From: Candidatus Eiseniibacteriota bacterium
GTDB lineage: Bacteria > Eisenbacteria > RBG-16-71-46 > DASYSL01
DNA: 64,000 nt
NCBI GenBank assembly: GCA_031431875.1
Contig: JANPEF010000082.1
Span: 16,994-80,993 of the forward strand
Direction of reading: 5' to 3'
The position numbers and the translations under genes are program-made. The notes under the pieces are model-generated. The model had not been told where the DNA came from. It saw nothing but the letters and a program-made list of their open reading frames with translations, and made no database searches. Numbering within the stretch: position 1 is the first letter of the stretch; every line of letters starts with the position of its first letter. Below, piece after piece: positions 1 through 13,610 of this stretch.

Positions 1-372
1 GACAATGCATTGCGGGCGGTCGAAGCTCTCGCCGCCCTCGACTACCGGCCCCGGGCCCCCGTGCCGATCCGGGAGTTCGCCGACCCGGCCCGGCGGGACG
101 ATTGGGTCGCGACGAAGGGACTGACCGTCTTTTCGCTCTCCAGCCCGGCGCACCCCGCGACCGAGGTCGACCTGTTCGTCGCGGCCCCGTTCGATTTCGA
201 CGTCGTGTACCGACGTGCAGCTCGGTTCGAAGTCGCGCCCGCCGTCAGCGCCACGTTTGTGTCGCGTGCGGACCTGATCGGGATGAAGCGGCTTGCCGGT
301 CGTCCCGTCGACCTCGACGACGCGCGTATTCTCGAGTCGATGGACGACCCGGGGCCGGGGCACGAACCATGA
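1..372 (+). CDS. Putative nucleotidyltransferase-fold protein, 5'-truncated by window edge
   Basis: Frame open from base 1; EVDLF motif and C-terminal LIGMKRLAGRPVDLDD resemble small predicted nucleotidyltransferases (recalled family resemblance). Confidence 0.55.
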   Translation, partial: DNALRAVEALAALDYRPRAPVPIREFADPARRDDWVATKGLTVFSLSSPAHPATEVDLFVAAPFDFDVVYRRAARFEVAPAVSATFVSRADLIGMKRLAGRPVDLDDARILESMDDPGPGHEP

Positions 373-566
373 GCGGGACCGACCCGAACGGACCCGAGAG
401 TGCGGGCTGGGATCGCGGATTCGAGGGCCACGCCGAGGCGCAGCGGCGTCGGATCGCAGCACTGCCCCTGTGGCTGAGGATCGAGTGGCTCGAGGAAACG
501 CAACGCCTCCTCGAGCGGATGAAACGCGTCGATCTCACGATGCGTCCCGACGACATCCTTCCCTGA
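369..566 (+). CDS. Small hypothetical protein (65 aa), possible partner of upstream nucleotidyltransferase
   Basis: ATGA overlap with upstream stop; helical sequence [30 protein letters not shown]; ends 10 nt before xfp. Confidence 0.55.
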   Translation: MSGTDPNGPESAGWDRGFEGHAEAQRRRIAALPLWLRIEWLEETQRLLERMKRVDLTMRPDDILP

Positions 567-576
567 AACGAGCCCG

Positions 577-3003
577 ATGACCCCTCTACGAACCACACCC
601 GGCCCCGCTCTCCTCCGCCGCATGGACGCGTGGTGGCGCGCGGCGAACTACTTGTCGGTCGGACAGATCTACCTCTACGACAATCCGCTCCTGCGCCGAC
701 CGCTGACCGTCGAGGACATCAAGCCGCGCCTGCTCGGGCACTGGGGCACGACGCCCGGCCTCAACTTCATCTACGTGCACCTCAATCGCATCATCGTCGA
801 GCGCGACCTGGGCGTGCTGTACGTCTGCGGTCCCGGTCATGGCGGGCCGGGCATGGTCGCCAACACCTGGCTCGAGGGCGTCTACAGCGAGGTGTACCCG
901 GACGTGTCGCAGGACGGGGAGGGGATGAAGCGGCTGTTCACCCAGTTCTCGTTCCCGGGCGGCATCCCGAGCCACGTCGCGCCCGAGACGCCGGGCTCCA
1001 TCCACGAGGGCGGCGAGCTGGGCTACGCGCTCGTGCACGCCTTCGGCGCGGCGTTCGACAATCCCGATCTCGTCGTCGCCTGCGTGATCGGCGATGGCGA
1101 GGCCGAGACCGGGCCGCTCGCCGCCAGCTGGCACTCGAACAAGTTCCTGAATCCCGCGCGGGACGGCGCGGTGCTGCCCATCCTGCACCTGAACGGCGCG
1201 AAGATCGCCGGGCCGACGGTGCTCGCGCGCATCCCGCGGCCCGAACTGGCCGCGTATCTCACGGGCTGTGGCTGGGATCCGATCTTCGTCGACGCCGACG
1301 ATCCGCTGCCCGCGCATCGCGCGATGGCGCGTGCCATGGACCGCGCGTTCGACGCGATCGCAAAGGCGCAGAAGGCCGCTCGCCGCGCCGGCGTGCGCGC
1401 CGGACGCACGGTGCGTCCGCGCTGGCCGATGATCGTGCTGGTCAGCCCGAAGGGGTGGACCGGGCCAGCGAAAGTCGACGGCAGGCAGGTCGAGGGTACA
1501 TTTCGCGCGCACCAGGTTCCGCTCGCCGACGTGCACCACCATCCCGAGAGGATCGCGCAGCTCGAACGCTGGCTGAAGAGCTACAAGCCGCGCGAGCTGT
1601 TCGACGCCGACGGCCGGCCCCGCCCCGAGATCCTGGGCCTCGCGCCGGCAGGCGAGCGGCGCATGGGTGCGAATCCGCACGCCAACGGCGGGGCGCTGCT
1701 GCGCGACCTGCGCCTGCCCGACTTCCGCGCCTACGCCGTTCCCGTGCCCGTGCCCGGCGCCGTCGACGCCGAGGCGACGCGCGTGCAGGGCGCCTACATC
1801 CGCGACGTGATGAAGAAGAATGCCGACCACGGGAACTTCCGCGTGTTCAGCCCGGACGAGACGGCGTCGAATCGCTGGAACCCGGTGTTCGAGGTCGAGA
1901 ACCGCATGACCACCGAGCCGATCACGAAGGACGATGACCACCTGTCGCCCGACGGCCGCGTGCTCGAGGTGCTGAGCGAGCACCTGTGCGAGGGCTGGCT
2001 CGAGGGCTATCTCCTCACCGGGCGGCACGGGTTCTTCTCCTGCTACGAGGCGTTCATCCACATCGTCGACTCGATGTTCAACCAGCACGCGAAGTGGCTC
2101 AAGTCCACGCGTCACATCCCGTGGCGGCGGCCGATCGCCTCGCTCAACATCCTGCTCTCGTCGCACGTCTGGCGACAGGACCACAACGGGTTCAGCCACC
2201 AGGACCCGGGGTTCATCGATCACGTGGTGAACAAGAAGGCCGAGGTGATCCGCGTCTACCTGCCGCCCGACGCGAACACGCTGCTCGCGGTGACCGACCA
2301 CTGCCTGCGCAGCCGCCACCTGGTCAACGTCATCATCGCCGGCAAGCAGGACGCGCCGCAGTGGCTCGACATGGACGCCGCGGTCCGCCACGCGGCGGCC
2401 GGCGCCTCGCTGTGGGAGTGGGCGTCGAACGACCGGGGTGGCGAGCCCGACGTGGTGATGGCCTGCGCGGGCGACGTGCCCACGCTCGAGACGCTGGCCG
2501 CGGTCGAGCTGTTGCGCACGCACGCGCCGGAGCTCAGGGTGCGCGTCGTCAACGTCGTCGACCTGATGACGCTCCAGCCCGAGAGCGAACACCCGCACGG
2601 GCTGTCGGATCGCGACTTCGACACGCTGTTCACCCGCGACAAGCCGGTCATCTTCGCCTTCCACGGGTACCCGTGGCTGATTCATCGCCTCACCTACCGG
2701 CGGACGAACCACGCCAACCTGCACGTGCGCGGGTTCAAGGAGGAGGGGACGACGACGACGCCGTTCGACATGGTCGTGCTCAACGACCTCGATCGCTTCC
2801 ACCTGGTCATGGACGTGATCGATCGCGTGCCCGGGCTCGGCTCCCACGCGGCGTATGCGAAGAAGGCGATGGCCGACGCGCTGGTCGCCCACACCGAGTA
2901 CATCCGCCGCCACGGCGAGGACATGCCCACGATCCGTGACTGGCGCTGGGCCGGTACCACGCCGGTCAAGGCGACGGCCCGGCCGAAGGGAGCGCGCCCG
3001 TGA
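577..3003 (+). CDS. xfp: Xylulose-5-phosphate/fructose-6-phosphate phosphoketolase
   Basis: [31 protein letters not shown] (TPP-binding) and [12 protein letters not shown] motifs; 808 aa. Confidence 0.97.
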   Translation: MTPLRTTPGPALLRRMDAWWRAANYLSVGQIYLYDNPLLRRPLTVEDIKPRLLGHWGTTPGLNFIYVHLNRIIVERDLGVLYVCGPGHGGPGMVANTWLEGVYSEVYPDVSQDGEGMKRLFTQFSFPGGIPSHVAPETPGSIHEGGELGYALVHAFGAAFDNPDLVVACVIGDGEAETGPLAASWHSNKFLNPARDGAVLPILHLNGAKIAGPTVLARIPRPELAAYLTGCGWDPIFVDADDPLPAHRAMARAMDRAFDAIAKAQKAARRAGVRAGRTVRPRWPMIVLVSPKGWTGPAKVDGRQVEGTFRAHQVPLADVHHHPERIAQLERWLKSYKPRELFDADGRPRPEILGLAPAGERRMGANPHANGGALLRDLRLPDFRAYAVPVPVPGAVDAEATRVQGAYIRDVMKKNADHGNFRVFSPDETASNRWNPVFEVENRMTTEPITKDDDHLSPDGRVLEVLSEHLCEGWLEGYLLTGRHGFFSCYEAFIHIVDSMFNQHAKWLKSTRHIPWRRPIASLNILLSSHVWRQDHNGFSHQDPGFIDHVVNKKAEVIRVYLPPDANTLLAVTDHCLRSRHLVNVIIAGKQDAPQWLDMDAAVRHAAAGASLWEWASNDRGGEPDVVMACAGDVPTLETLAAVELLRTHAPELRVRVVNVVDLMTLQPESEHPHGLSDRDFDTLFTRDKPVIFAFHGYPWLIHRLTYRRTNHANLHVRGFKEEGTTTTPFDMVVLNDLDRFHLVMDVIDRVPGLGSHAAYAKKAMADALVAHTEYIRRHGEDMPTIRDWRWAGTTPVKATARPKGARP

Positions 3004-4232
3004 ACGTCCTCGTCCTCAACTGCGGCAGCTCGTCGCTCAAGTTCCAGGTCGTCGCCACCGACGCCGCGGCGATGGAGGCCGACTCCGATCGCGTGCTCGC
3101 ACGTGGCGTAGTCGAGCGGATCGGCAGCGAGGCACTGCTCACGCTGACCGCCGGCGACGCGCCCGCCGTGCGCACCGCCGAGCCGCTGCGCGATCACCGT
3201 GCGGCGCTCGAGGCCGTGCTGCGCTGGCTCGTCGGGGGCGCCGTGCCGGGGATCGCTTCGCCCGGCGACGTGCACGCCGTCGGCCACCGCGTCGTCCACG
3301 GGGGCGAGACGCTGACCGCCGCGACCCTCCTCGACGAGGCGACGATCCGCACCATCGAGGCGTGCATCGACCTGGCTCCCCTGCACAACCCGGCCAACCT
3401 CAAGGGGATCGACGCGGCGCGCACCGCGTTCGGTCCGGGCGTGCCGCAGGTCGGCGTGTTCGACACGGCGTTTCACGCGACGATGCCCGAGACGTCTTAC
3501 CTGTACGCGATCCCGTACCCGATGTACGTGCGGCACCGCGTCCGGCGCTACGGCTTCCACGGCACGTCGCACCGCTACGTGGCGTGGCGCTATCGCCGGA
3601 TCGCGGGTGTCGCGCGCGAGGCGACGAACGTGGTGAGCCTGCACCTGGGCAACGGCGCATCGGCCTGCGCGATCAAGGGTGGCATGTCGCTCGACACGAC
3701 GATGGGCATGACGCCGCTCGAGGGTCTGGTCATGGGCACGCGCTCGGGCGACCTCGATCCGGGTATCCTCGAGTTCCTTCACCACAAGGAAGGCCTCTCG
3801 CTCGGCGAACTCGATTCGATGCTCAACAAGCAGTCGGGCCTGCTCGGTGTCTCCGGGCTCACCAGCGACATGCGCGACCTGCTCGCCGAGGAGGCGGCCC
3901 ACGGCGATCGCCGGGCCCGCCTGGCGATCGACCTGTTCTGCCTGCGGGCGCGCAAGGCGATCGGCGCCATGCTGGCGCGGATGGGCGGCGCCGACGCGAT
4001 CCTGTTCACCGGTGGCATCGGCGAGAACGCCGCAGCGGTGCGGGCGCGCATCCTCGACGGCATGGAGTGGTGCGGCGTCGCGCTGGACACGGCGATGAAC
4101 GACGCCACCGTGCACGGCAAGGAGGGCGAGATCGGCGCCGCGGGATCGCACCTGCGCGTGTTCGTCATTCCCACCAACGAGGAACTGATCATCGCGCGCG
4201 ACACGGTGCGCTGCGTCACCGGGACGCCGTGA
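3000..4232 (+). CDS. ackA: Acetate kinase
   Basis: [56 protein letters not shown] overlap with xfp. Confidence 0.97.
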   Translation: MNVLVLNCGSSSLKFQVVATDAAAMEADSDRVLARGVVERIGSEALLTLTAGDAPAVRTAEPLRDHRAALEAVLRWLVGGAVPGIASPGDVHAVGHRVVHGGETLTAATLLDEATIRTIEACIDLAPLHNPANLKGIDAARTAFGPGVPQVGVFDTAFHATMPETSYLYAIPYPMYVRHRVRRYGFHGTSHRYVAWRYRRIAGVAREATNVVSLHLGNGASACAIKGGMSLDTTMGMTPLEGLVMGTRSGDLDPGILEFLHHKEGLSLGELDSMLNKQSGLLGVSGLTSDMRDLLAEEAAHGDRRARLAIDLFCLRARKAIGAMLARMGGADAILFTGGIGENAAAVRARILDGMEWCGVALDTAMNDATVHGKEGEIGAAGSHLRVFVIPTNEELIIARDTVRCVTGTP

Positions 4233-4404
4233 CGCCGGTCGCGCCGTGCGCATTCGAGGCGCGCGCTGGTTGAAAAGGCGCTCGCGGCACTGCGCACCGC
4301 GAGGAGATCACGCTGCATGCTCTACCTTCTCGGAGTCAACGGGGACGGCCTCGCATTCTGGCGGCAGCTCGGCGCACAATCCCGGGGCGGGTTGCACCTG
4401 CTTT

Positions 4405-4437
4405 CCATCGATCTCGAGGCACCATCGATCTCGAGGC
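4405..4437. repeat. Tandem direct repeat, 2 x CCATCGATCTCGAGGC (17-bp period)
   Basis: Identical 16-mers at 4405-4420 and 4422-4437 in intergenic DNA. Confidence 0.85.
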
Positions 4438-4504
4438 CTGACAGGCGGCGCATCCGGTGTTAACCTCGCGGCCTCGCCGACCCACGGCCACGGAGGATTC
4501 GACG

Positions 4505-5926
4505 ATGACCGATTTCCGCAGGACCACGGGGGGCACGGTCGCCCTCTCCACCGAACAACTCGACACGCTGCGCGCCTCGTTGCGCGGTCCACTCCTTCTC
4601 GCGGGCGATGACGGCTACGACGCGGCGCGTGCGGTGTGGAATGCCATGATTGACCGCCGGCCCGCGGCGATCCTCCGCGCGCACGGCGCCGGGGACGTCA
4701 TCCAGGCAGTGAACTTCGCCCGCACCCATGGTGTCCTGCTCGCGGTCAAGGGCGGCGGGCACAGCATCGCCGGCAAGGCGACGTGCGACGGCGGCCTCAT
4801 GCTCGACCTGTCCCTCATGCGCTCGGTGCGGGTCGAGCCGAAGAAGAAGCGGGCGCGTGTCGAGCCCGGCGCGCTGCTCTCCGACTTCGACCGCGAGACC
4901 CAGGCGTTCGGACTCTCGACCCCGACGGGCATCAACTCGACAACCGGGATGGCGGGTCTGACGCTGGGCGGCGGGTTCGGCTGGCAGAGTCGCAAGCGCG
5001 GCCTCACCATCGACAACCTGATCGGCGTCGACATCGTGCTCGCCTCGGGTGAGCTGGTCGAGGCGAACGCGAAGCAGAACCCCGACCTGTTCTGGGCCGT
5101 GCGCGGCGGCGGCGGCAACTTCGGCGTCGTCACCTCGTTCGAGTATCGCCTGCACAAGCACGGGCCCGGGGTGTATGCCGGGCTCATCGTCTACCCGTTC
5201 GACCAGGCGCCCGCGGTGTTCGAGGGCTACCGCAAGTTCACCGCCGAGGCGTCCGAGGACATGACCGCGTGGCTCGTGCTACGCAAGGCGCCGCCGCTGC
5301 CGTTCCTGCCGGCGAAGGTGCACGGGAAGGAAGTCGTGGTCGTCGCGTTCTGCTGGATCGGGGCGCCGCGCCGGGGCAAGTCGATGGCCGCCCCGCTGCG
5401 CAAGTTCGGCAAGCCCGTCGGCGAGATGCTCGCCGTCATGCCTTTCGCCGGCTGGCAGACCGCGTTCGATCCGCTGCTCGAGCCGGGCGCTCGCAATTAC
5501 TGGAAGTCGCACGACCTTCACAAGGTGACCGGCGACGTCGAGGGAATCCTGCTCGATGCCGTCGGCCGCCTGCCCACCGGCGAGTGCGAGGTGTTCGTCG
5601 GGCACCTGGGTGCTGCGGTCAATCGCGTGCCCATCGGCGACACGCCGTATCCGCATCGCGACATCGACTTCGTCGTCAACGTGCATACGCGCTGGCGCGA
5701 GGCGGCGGAGGACGCGGGCTGCATCGCCTGGGCGCGCGGGCTGTTCGACGCGCTCACCCCGCACGCGACCGGCGGCGTGTACGTCAATTTCATGCCCGAG
5801 GACGAAACGCAGCGCGTCGCGGTGGGAGCCTACGGCCCGAACTACGCGCGCCTCGTCTCGCTGAAGTCGAAGTACGACCCGCAGAACCTGTTCAGCCTCA
5901 ATCAGAACATCCAACCGAAGGGCTGA
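4505..5926 (+). CDS. FAD-binding oxidoreductase, berberine-bridge-enzyme / 6-hydroxy-D-nicotine oxidase-like
   Basis: KGGGHS flavin motif, GLTLGGGFG, RGGGGNFGVVT, C-terminal YVNF...KYDPQNLF; GGAGG upstream of ATG 4505. Confidence 0.9.
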   Translation: MTDFRRTTGGTVALSTEQLDTLRASLRGPLLLAGDDGYDAARAVWNAMIDRRPAAILRAHGAGDVIQAVNFARTHGVLLAVKGGGHSIAGKATCDGGLMLDLSLMRSVRVEPKKKRARVEPGALLSDFDRETQAFGLSTPTGINSTTGMAGLTLGGGFGWQSRKRGLTIDNLIGVDIVLASGELVEANAKQNPDLFWAVRGGGGNFGVVTSFEYRLHKHGPGVYAGLIVYPFDQAPAVFEGYRKFTAEASEDMTAWLVLRKAPPLPFLPAKVHGKEVVVVAFCWIGAPRRGKSMAAPLRKFGKPVGEMLAVMPFAGWQTAFDPLLEPGARNYWKSHDLHKVTGDVEGILLDAVGRLPTGECEVFVGHLGAAVNRVPIGDTPYPHRDIDFVVNVHTRWREAAEDAGCIAWARGLFDALTPHATGGVYVNFMPEDETQRVAVGAYGPNYARLVSLKSKYDPQNLFSLNQNIQPKG

Positions 5927-5947
5927 GCCGACGCGAGGGCCGGTGCC

Positions 5948-6334
5948 ATGATCGACGAACTCCGTACCCATCTGCACTACGACGAGCCGCTGGCCGTCGA
6001 GTTCTACGTCCTGCGGCACTACCGCCACCTGCTCACCGATGCCGAGCGCACCGCGTTGGACGCGGGCCTCGCGCGCTGGTGGGACCGCCTGCTCGAGCAC
6101 ATGCACGAGTGGGGAGCGCACGCCCGCGCGGCCACGGTCGCGCCGCCGTGGGAGCCGCTGCCGCTCGACCCGGCCCACGCCGAGCAGGCGCGCGCCGTCG
6201 TCGCCCGGTTGCGCGCGACGCATGGGGACGCGATCGCGATCGCCCGCTGTGCCGCTTGCCGGCGCGTGCTGCGCGACGCGGCGGTCGCGACGTGTCCGTG
6301 GTGCGGGGCGGCGGCGGGAGCCGGAGGGGCGTAG
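5948..6334 (+). CDS. Hypothetical protein with C-terminal zinc-ribbon-like CxxC...CxxC
   Basis: CAAC and CPWC motifs; fills the gap between flanking genes. Confidence 0.6.
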   Translation: MIDELRTHLHYDEPLAVEFYVLRHYRHLLTDAERTALDAGLARWWDRLLEHMHEWGAHARAATVAPPWEPLPLDPAHAEQARAVVARLRATHGDAIAIARCAACRRVLRDAAVATCPWCGAAAGAGGA

Positions 6335-6388
6335 GTCCCTGTGGTAGAATCGCTGCGCTCGGTGCGACCCCTTCTCCTGGAGGCTCCC

Positions 6389-8638
6389 TTGCTCGACTCT
6401 GAACTCCAGCCACGCCTGGCGCGCTCCTTCGGCGTGCTCCTCGCCCTCGCGGCCCTTGCCGCCTCGTCGCCCGCCCGCGCCCAACTCGATTGCCCGACGC
6501 CGCAGCTCATGGGGTCCCCGGTACCGGTGATCACGGGCCCGAATCCGATCTTCATGGCCTGCACTGACTTCGACAAGGATGGCGATCTCGACCTTGCCGT
6601 GACGAACAGCGACTACGCCGGCGGTGGGTCGCAGGCCTCGGTGGCGGTCCTGCGCAACAACGGATTCGGTGCATTCACCCTCGACGCGACGTACCCCGTC
6701 GCGTCGAACGCCTACGGTATCGTGGCCGGTGACTTCAACGAGGACGGCATCCTCGACCTCGCCGTGGCATGCCGGTCTGCGTCGCAGATCTGCATCCTGC
6801 GCGGACAGGGCGCCGGCGGCCTGGGCGACGGAACGTTTGCCCCGGCTATCGCGTACCCGGCCGGGGGGGGGCCGTTCCAGCTCGTGACGGGCGACTTCAA
6901 CGGCGACGGGAGTCTCGACCTGGCCGCATCCATCAACGATGCCGCACGCGTCGCGATCTACCGCGGCGCGGGCAACGGCACGATCGGCGCACCGCTCCTC
7001 GCGACGATCGGCAACATCTCGACGGGGCTCGTCACCGGCGACTTCACCGGTGACGGCGTCCTCGACCTCGTCGCGACCGAGAACTACTTCGGGCGCATCG
7101 CGCTCCTGCGAGGCACGGGCACGAACGCGACCGTCAACGGCGGGTTTGCGCCGGCCGTCGCGTTTGCGGCGGGCGTCGAGCCGTTCGATCTCGAGGTGAT
7201 CGACTTCAACGAGGACGGCATCCTCGACCTGGCGGTCGCGAATGGCAACCTCGGCGGGACCGTCGTCCTGCGCGGAGGAAGCAGCGGCGGCGTGGCGAAC
7301 GGGACATTCACGACTGTGGCCACGCTCGCCACCGGCACCACGGCCGGCATTGCCGCGCTCGATGCCAACGTGGATGGCATCCTCGATCTCGTAGCGGCCG
7401 AGAGCTTGCTGCCGTTCGGGCGTCGGCTCCACCTGTTGCTCGGTCAGGGCGCGGGAGGTGTGGGGAGTGGAACATTCGTTCCGGGAGCCGTCATCGGCCT
7501 GCCTTCCTTCCCGTACCAGGTGATCGCGGAGGACCTCAACGGCGACACGTTCGTCGACCTCGCGGTCACGGAGTACCAGTCCGACCGGATCGAGTTGTTG
7601 CGCGGAGGCTGCGGTGGCGCGCTACCCGATCCGCGCAGTCCCTACCTCACCGACGTGCGCGATGTCCCTGCCGACGAAGGCGGTCACGTCTACGTTACCT
7701 GGCTGCGCAGCGGGCTCGACGTGACGGGGGGCGCGGTGACTTCGTATCGCGTCTGGCAGCGCATCCCCGACGAACTGGCGCTGCCTGCTGGTGCGACGGC
7801 GACGTCCTCGGTGGAAGGCCCTGCGTTGCGCGAAGCCGGCGGCAAGCTCGAGCGGGTCGAGGCCGGTCCTGACGGTCGGCTGCTCGTCACCTTCTGGGAA
7901 CACGTTGCCACGATTGCGGCGCAGCGGCTGGAGGGCTACGGCTACACGGCCACGACGAGCGAGGACTCGACCGCGGAGCGACCTGTCTCGACCGCGTTCT
8001 TCGTCACGGCGGCGACCGCGAACATCGATGTCTTCTTCTCCTCGAACGTGGACAGCGGTGCGTCCATCGACAATCTCGCGCCGTCGGCGCCCGCGGGCCT
8101 CGCCCTGCTCGCCTCGAGTCCCGCCGGGCGCACGCTTCGCTGGGCGGCGAACCGCGAGCCGGACGTCGAGTTCTACCGCCTGGAGCGGGCGCCTTCGCCG
8201 GCATTCGTCCCGGGCGAGGTGGTCGTTCTCTCCACGCAGCCCGACACGGAATATGTCGACACGGACCTGTCGGTCGCGTCCTACCGGGTCGTCGCCCTCG
8301 ATCACTCCCGCAACTCCAGTCCACCCTCGGCGATCGTCAATGCCGGATCCGTCGAGGTCGCGCCGACGTCGCGGCTCGCGCTCGCCGGCACGCACCCGCA
8401 TCCCGCGCGCGCGGGCTCGCTGCGGATCGCCTTCTCGCTCGCCGATGGTGGGCCCGCCCGGCTCGAAGTGTTCGATGCCCGCGGTCGGCGGGTCGCCTCG
8501 CGTTCGCTCGACGGGCAGGGCGCGGGGGATCACGTCGTGAGCTTTGCAGGAGAACGACGGTTCGCGCCGGGGCTGTACTGGGCGCGCCTCACGCAGGCCG
8601 GGGCGAGCGCGGAGCGCAGGATCGTCGTCGTGGATTGA
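6389..8638 (+). CDS. Secreted FG-GAP/VCBS-repeat protein with FN3-like domain and C-terminal T9SS/FlgD-like sorting domain
   Basis: Signal peptide ending ARA-Q; repeated DFNEDGILDLAV-type motifs; C-terminal LEVFDARGRRV...GLYWARL...IVVVD; TTG 6389 chosen for GGAGG at 6379 and TGgTAGAAT at 6342-6350. Confidence 0.8.
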   Translation: MLDSELQPRLARSFGVLLALAALAASSPARAQLDCPTPQLMGSPVPVITGPNPIFMACTDFDKDGDLDLAVTNSDYAGGGSQASVAVLRNNGFGAFTLDATYPVASNAYGIVAGDFNEDGILDLAVACRSASQICILRGQGAGGLGDGTFAPAIAYPAGGGPFQLVTGDFNGDGSLDLAASINDAARVAIYRGAGNGTIGAPLLATIGNISTGLVTGDFTGDGVLDLVATENYFGRIALLRGTGTNATVNGGFAPAVAFAAGVEPFDLEVIDFNEDGILDLAVANGNLGGTVVLRGGSSGGVANGTFTTVATLATGTTAGIAALDANVDGILDLVAAESLLPFGRRLHLLLGQGAGGVGSGTFVPGAVIGLPSFPYQVIAEDLNGDTFVDLAVTEYQSDRIELLRGGCGGALPDPRSPYLTDVRDVPADEGGHVYVTWLRSGLDVTGGAVTSYRVWQRIPDELALPAGATATSSVEGPALREAGGKLERVEAGPDGRLLVTFWEHVATIAAQRLEGYGYTATTSEDSTAERPVSTAFFVTAATANIDVFFSSNVDSGASIDNLAPSAPAGLALLASSPAGRTLRWAANREPDVEFYRLERAPSPAFVPGEVVVLSTQPDTEYVDTDLSVASYRVVALDHSRNSSPPSAIVNAGSVEVAPTSRLALAGTHPHPARAGSLRIAFSLADGGPARLEVFDARGRRVASRSLDGQGAGDHVVSFAGERRFAPGLYWARLTQAGASAERRIVVVD

Positions 8639-8704
8639 GTTTCTGGTGCGCCGTCCACTCGCTGCCCGCGGAACCCGCCATGTTGCTTCGCAAGGGAGTG
8701 CCCC

Positions 8705-9376
8705 ATGACCATACGCTCGATGTTGCACCCGCTCGCCCCCGTGCTTCTCATGTTCATGCTGATGACCTCCGCGTCCGTCGCTCGCGGCGCCGAGGAGGAG
8801 GCGGAGAGCCCGATGCAGCCCGGCGCCTGGGCAATTCAGTTCGGCATCGGCGACAACTTCGACCTGGAGTCGTTCTCGGGTGGAGCGTTGTCGGTCAAGC
8901 GCCACTCATCGGCGAACTGTGCCTGGCGGGCCGGCGTCAATCTCTCCGCTTCGAGTCTCGGACGGGATACCTCGGTCGAGTTCGCGGACTCGACGACCCT
9001 GGAGGAGGAGGATTTCGACACCGAGTTCGCCGGAGTCGACCTCGACTGGCTCCGCTACTTCGGCGCCGGCACGACGGTACGCCCTTACTTCGGGTTCGGT
9101 CCGCGCGTCTCCTGGAGCCACGGCGGGTCATCCAACTCGGCACGGGAACGCGACCAGCACTCGTGGTCCGTTGGCGTGGGCGGACTGCTCGGCGCGGAGT
9201 ACCGGGCCGCGTCCGCGATCGGGATCCACGCGGAATATCGCTACGCCCTCAGCTACACCTCGCGGACAGAGGAATTGCGCGCGGAACTCGATGTCCCTCC
9301 AGTCCTGCGATACGAGGACACGAGCTGGCAGCTATCGGGCGGCGGAGTGCGCTTCGGGCTGAGCGCCTACTTCTGA
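8705..9376 (+). CDS. Outer-membrane beta-barrel protein
   Basis: Signal peptide, alternating amphipathic strands (RPYFGFGP, GAEYR, HAEYRY), terminal GLSAYF. Confidence 0.75.
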   Translation: MTIRSMLHPLAPVLLMFMLMTSASVARGAEEEAESPMQPGAWAIQFGIGDNFDLESFSGGALSVKRHSSANCAWRAGVNLSASSLGRDTSVEFADSTTLEEEDFDTEFAGVDLDWLRYFGAGTTVRPYFGFGPRVSWSHGGSSNSARERDQHSWSVGVGGLLGAEYRAASAIGIHAEYRYALSYTSRTEELRAELDVPPVLRYEDTSWQLSGGGVRFGLSAYF

Positions 9377-9406
9377 GTCCCGTGCGTCGAGGGCTTCGCG
9401 CCGGGG

Positions 9407-10936
9407 TCAGCCCTTCGCGGCAGGTCCCGGCGCCACTCGCCCGTAGGTGACGCCGAGGCCGCGCAGCCGCTCGGCGAGGCCGGCCGTATCCGCGAAGAAA
9501 GCCGCCGGCAACCGCCACGTCCAGTTGTCCGCGACCGTCCCCGGGAAGTTGATCCGCGCTTCGTCGCCCAGCCCGAGCAGGTCCTGCGGGGTCGTGATCG
9601 CGAGCCCCCCGACCGACCCCCACGCCATCCGGATCAGGTCCCATGGCACGCTGCCCGACGAAGGGCCGCGGTAGGCCTCGAAGTACGTCCGCTCCGCCGC
9701 CGGCGCGTGCGCGTGCCAGCCGGCCGACGTCGCGTTGTCGTGCGTGCCCGTGTAGACGACGCAGTTCGGGACGTGATGATGAGGCAGGAACGGGTTCGTC
9801 GGGTCGGTGAACGCGAACTGCAGGATGCGCATTCCCGGCAGGCCGAAGCGATCGCGCAAGGCGAACACGTCGGGCGTGATCTCGCCCAGGTCCTCGGCGA
9901 TCAGCGGCAGCCCGGCGAGCCCGCGCTCGAGTGCGGTGAGGAAGGTGGCCCCCGGCCCGGGGACCCAGCGCCCGGACTCGGCGGTGACCGCGCCGGCGGG
10001 GACCTCCCAGTAGCCGGCGAAACCGCGGAAGTGGTCGAGCCGCACCAGGTCGACGAGCTTGAGCGCGGACTTCATGCGCGCGATCCACCACGCGTAGCCC
10101 TCGGCGGCGTGCGCTTCCCAGCGGTAGAGCGGGTTCCCCCAAAGCTGCCCCGTCTTCGCGAAGTAGTCCGGCGGCACGCCCGCGACGACGGCGGGGCGGC
10201 CCTCCGCATCCAATTGGAAGAGTCGACGATGCGCCCACACGTCGGCGCTGTCGTGGGCGACGAAGATCGGCGTGTCGCCGATCAGCGAAACGCCGCGAAC
10301 ACGCGCGTGTGCCCGCAGCGCGGACCACTGGCGCGCGAACGCCCACTGACGGAACGCTTCGTGGCCGGTCGCGACGCGATGCTCGGCTCGCGCCGCGGTG
10401 ATCGCCGCGGGGTGGGCGTCGCGCAGCGCCACCGGCCAGTCGACCCACGGGCCGCCGCCGTGCGCACGCTTGAGCGCGATGAACAGCGCGTAGGTGTCGA
10501 GCCACGCGGCCTCGCGCGTGCGAAAGGCGACGAAGTCGGCGGCGACCGCGGTGGTCGGGCCCGGCGTCGAGGCGACGAGCAGGCGATCGGCCGCGCGCAC
10601 GAGCAGCGGCTCCTTCCACGCGTAGACACGCGCGAAGTCGATGGGGCCATCGCCGAACGCGGGAGCATCCGCCAGGTCGGCGGCGGTGAGCAGCCCGTCC
10701 GCGACCAGCGCTTCAGGCGAGATCAGGAGCGGGTTCCCGGCGAACGAGGAGAACGACTGGTAGGGCGAGTCGCGATACCCCGTGGGCCCCAGCGGCAGCA
10801 CCTGCCACCACGCGCATCCGGCCGCGGCGACGAAGTCGACCCAGCGATGTGCGGCCGGACCGAGGTCGCCGATGCCGTACGGACCGGGCAACGCGGTGGG
10901 ATGGAGCAGGAGGCCGGCGGATCGACGGAGGCTCAT
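9407..10936 (-). CDS. malQ: 4-alpha-glucanotransferase (amylomaltase, GH77)
   Basis: GLLLHPTALP, WQVLPLGP, GVPPDYF, GQLWGNP, RLDHFRGF, AEDLG, YTGTHDN. Confidence 0.96.
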   Translation of the reverse strand: MSLRRSAGLLLHPTALPGPYGIGDLGPAAHRWVDFVAAAGCAWWQVLPLGPTGYRDSPYQSFSSFAGNPLLISPEALVADGLLTAADLADAPAFGDGPIDFARVYAWKEPLLVRAADRLLVASTPGPTTAVAADFVAFRTREAAWLDTYALFIALKRAHGGGPWVDWPVALRDAHPAAITAARAEHRVATGHEAFRQWAFARQWSALRAHARVRGVSLIGDTPIFVAHDSADVWAHRRLFQLDAEGRPAVVAGVPPDYFAKTGQLWGNPLYRWEAHAAEGYAWWIARMKSALKLVDLVRLDHFRGFAGYWEVPAGAVTAESGRWVPGPGATFLTALERGLAGLPLIAEDLGEITPDVFALRDRFGLPGMRILQFAFTDPTNPFLPHHHVPNCVVYTGTHDNATSAGWHAHAPAAERTYFEAYRGPSSGSVPWDLIRMAWGSVGGLAITTPQDLLGLGDEARINFPGTVADNWTWRLPAAFFADTAGLAERLRGLGVTYGRVAPGPAAKG

Positions 10937-10976
10937 GGGGACGCACGATACGGCATCGCGGCCCACGCGGGAATCG

Positions 10977-13587
<2,611 letters not shown>

Positions 13588-13610
13588 GCCCGTCACCCCG
13601 AGGAGTCCCG

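Noticed and set aside
586..2913. 775-aa minus-strand ORF, and similar shadows over ffh, serS, porX and the hydantoinase genes
   Set aside because: Antisense to conserved housekeeping genes
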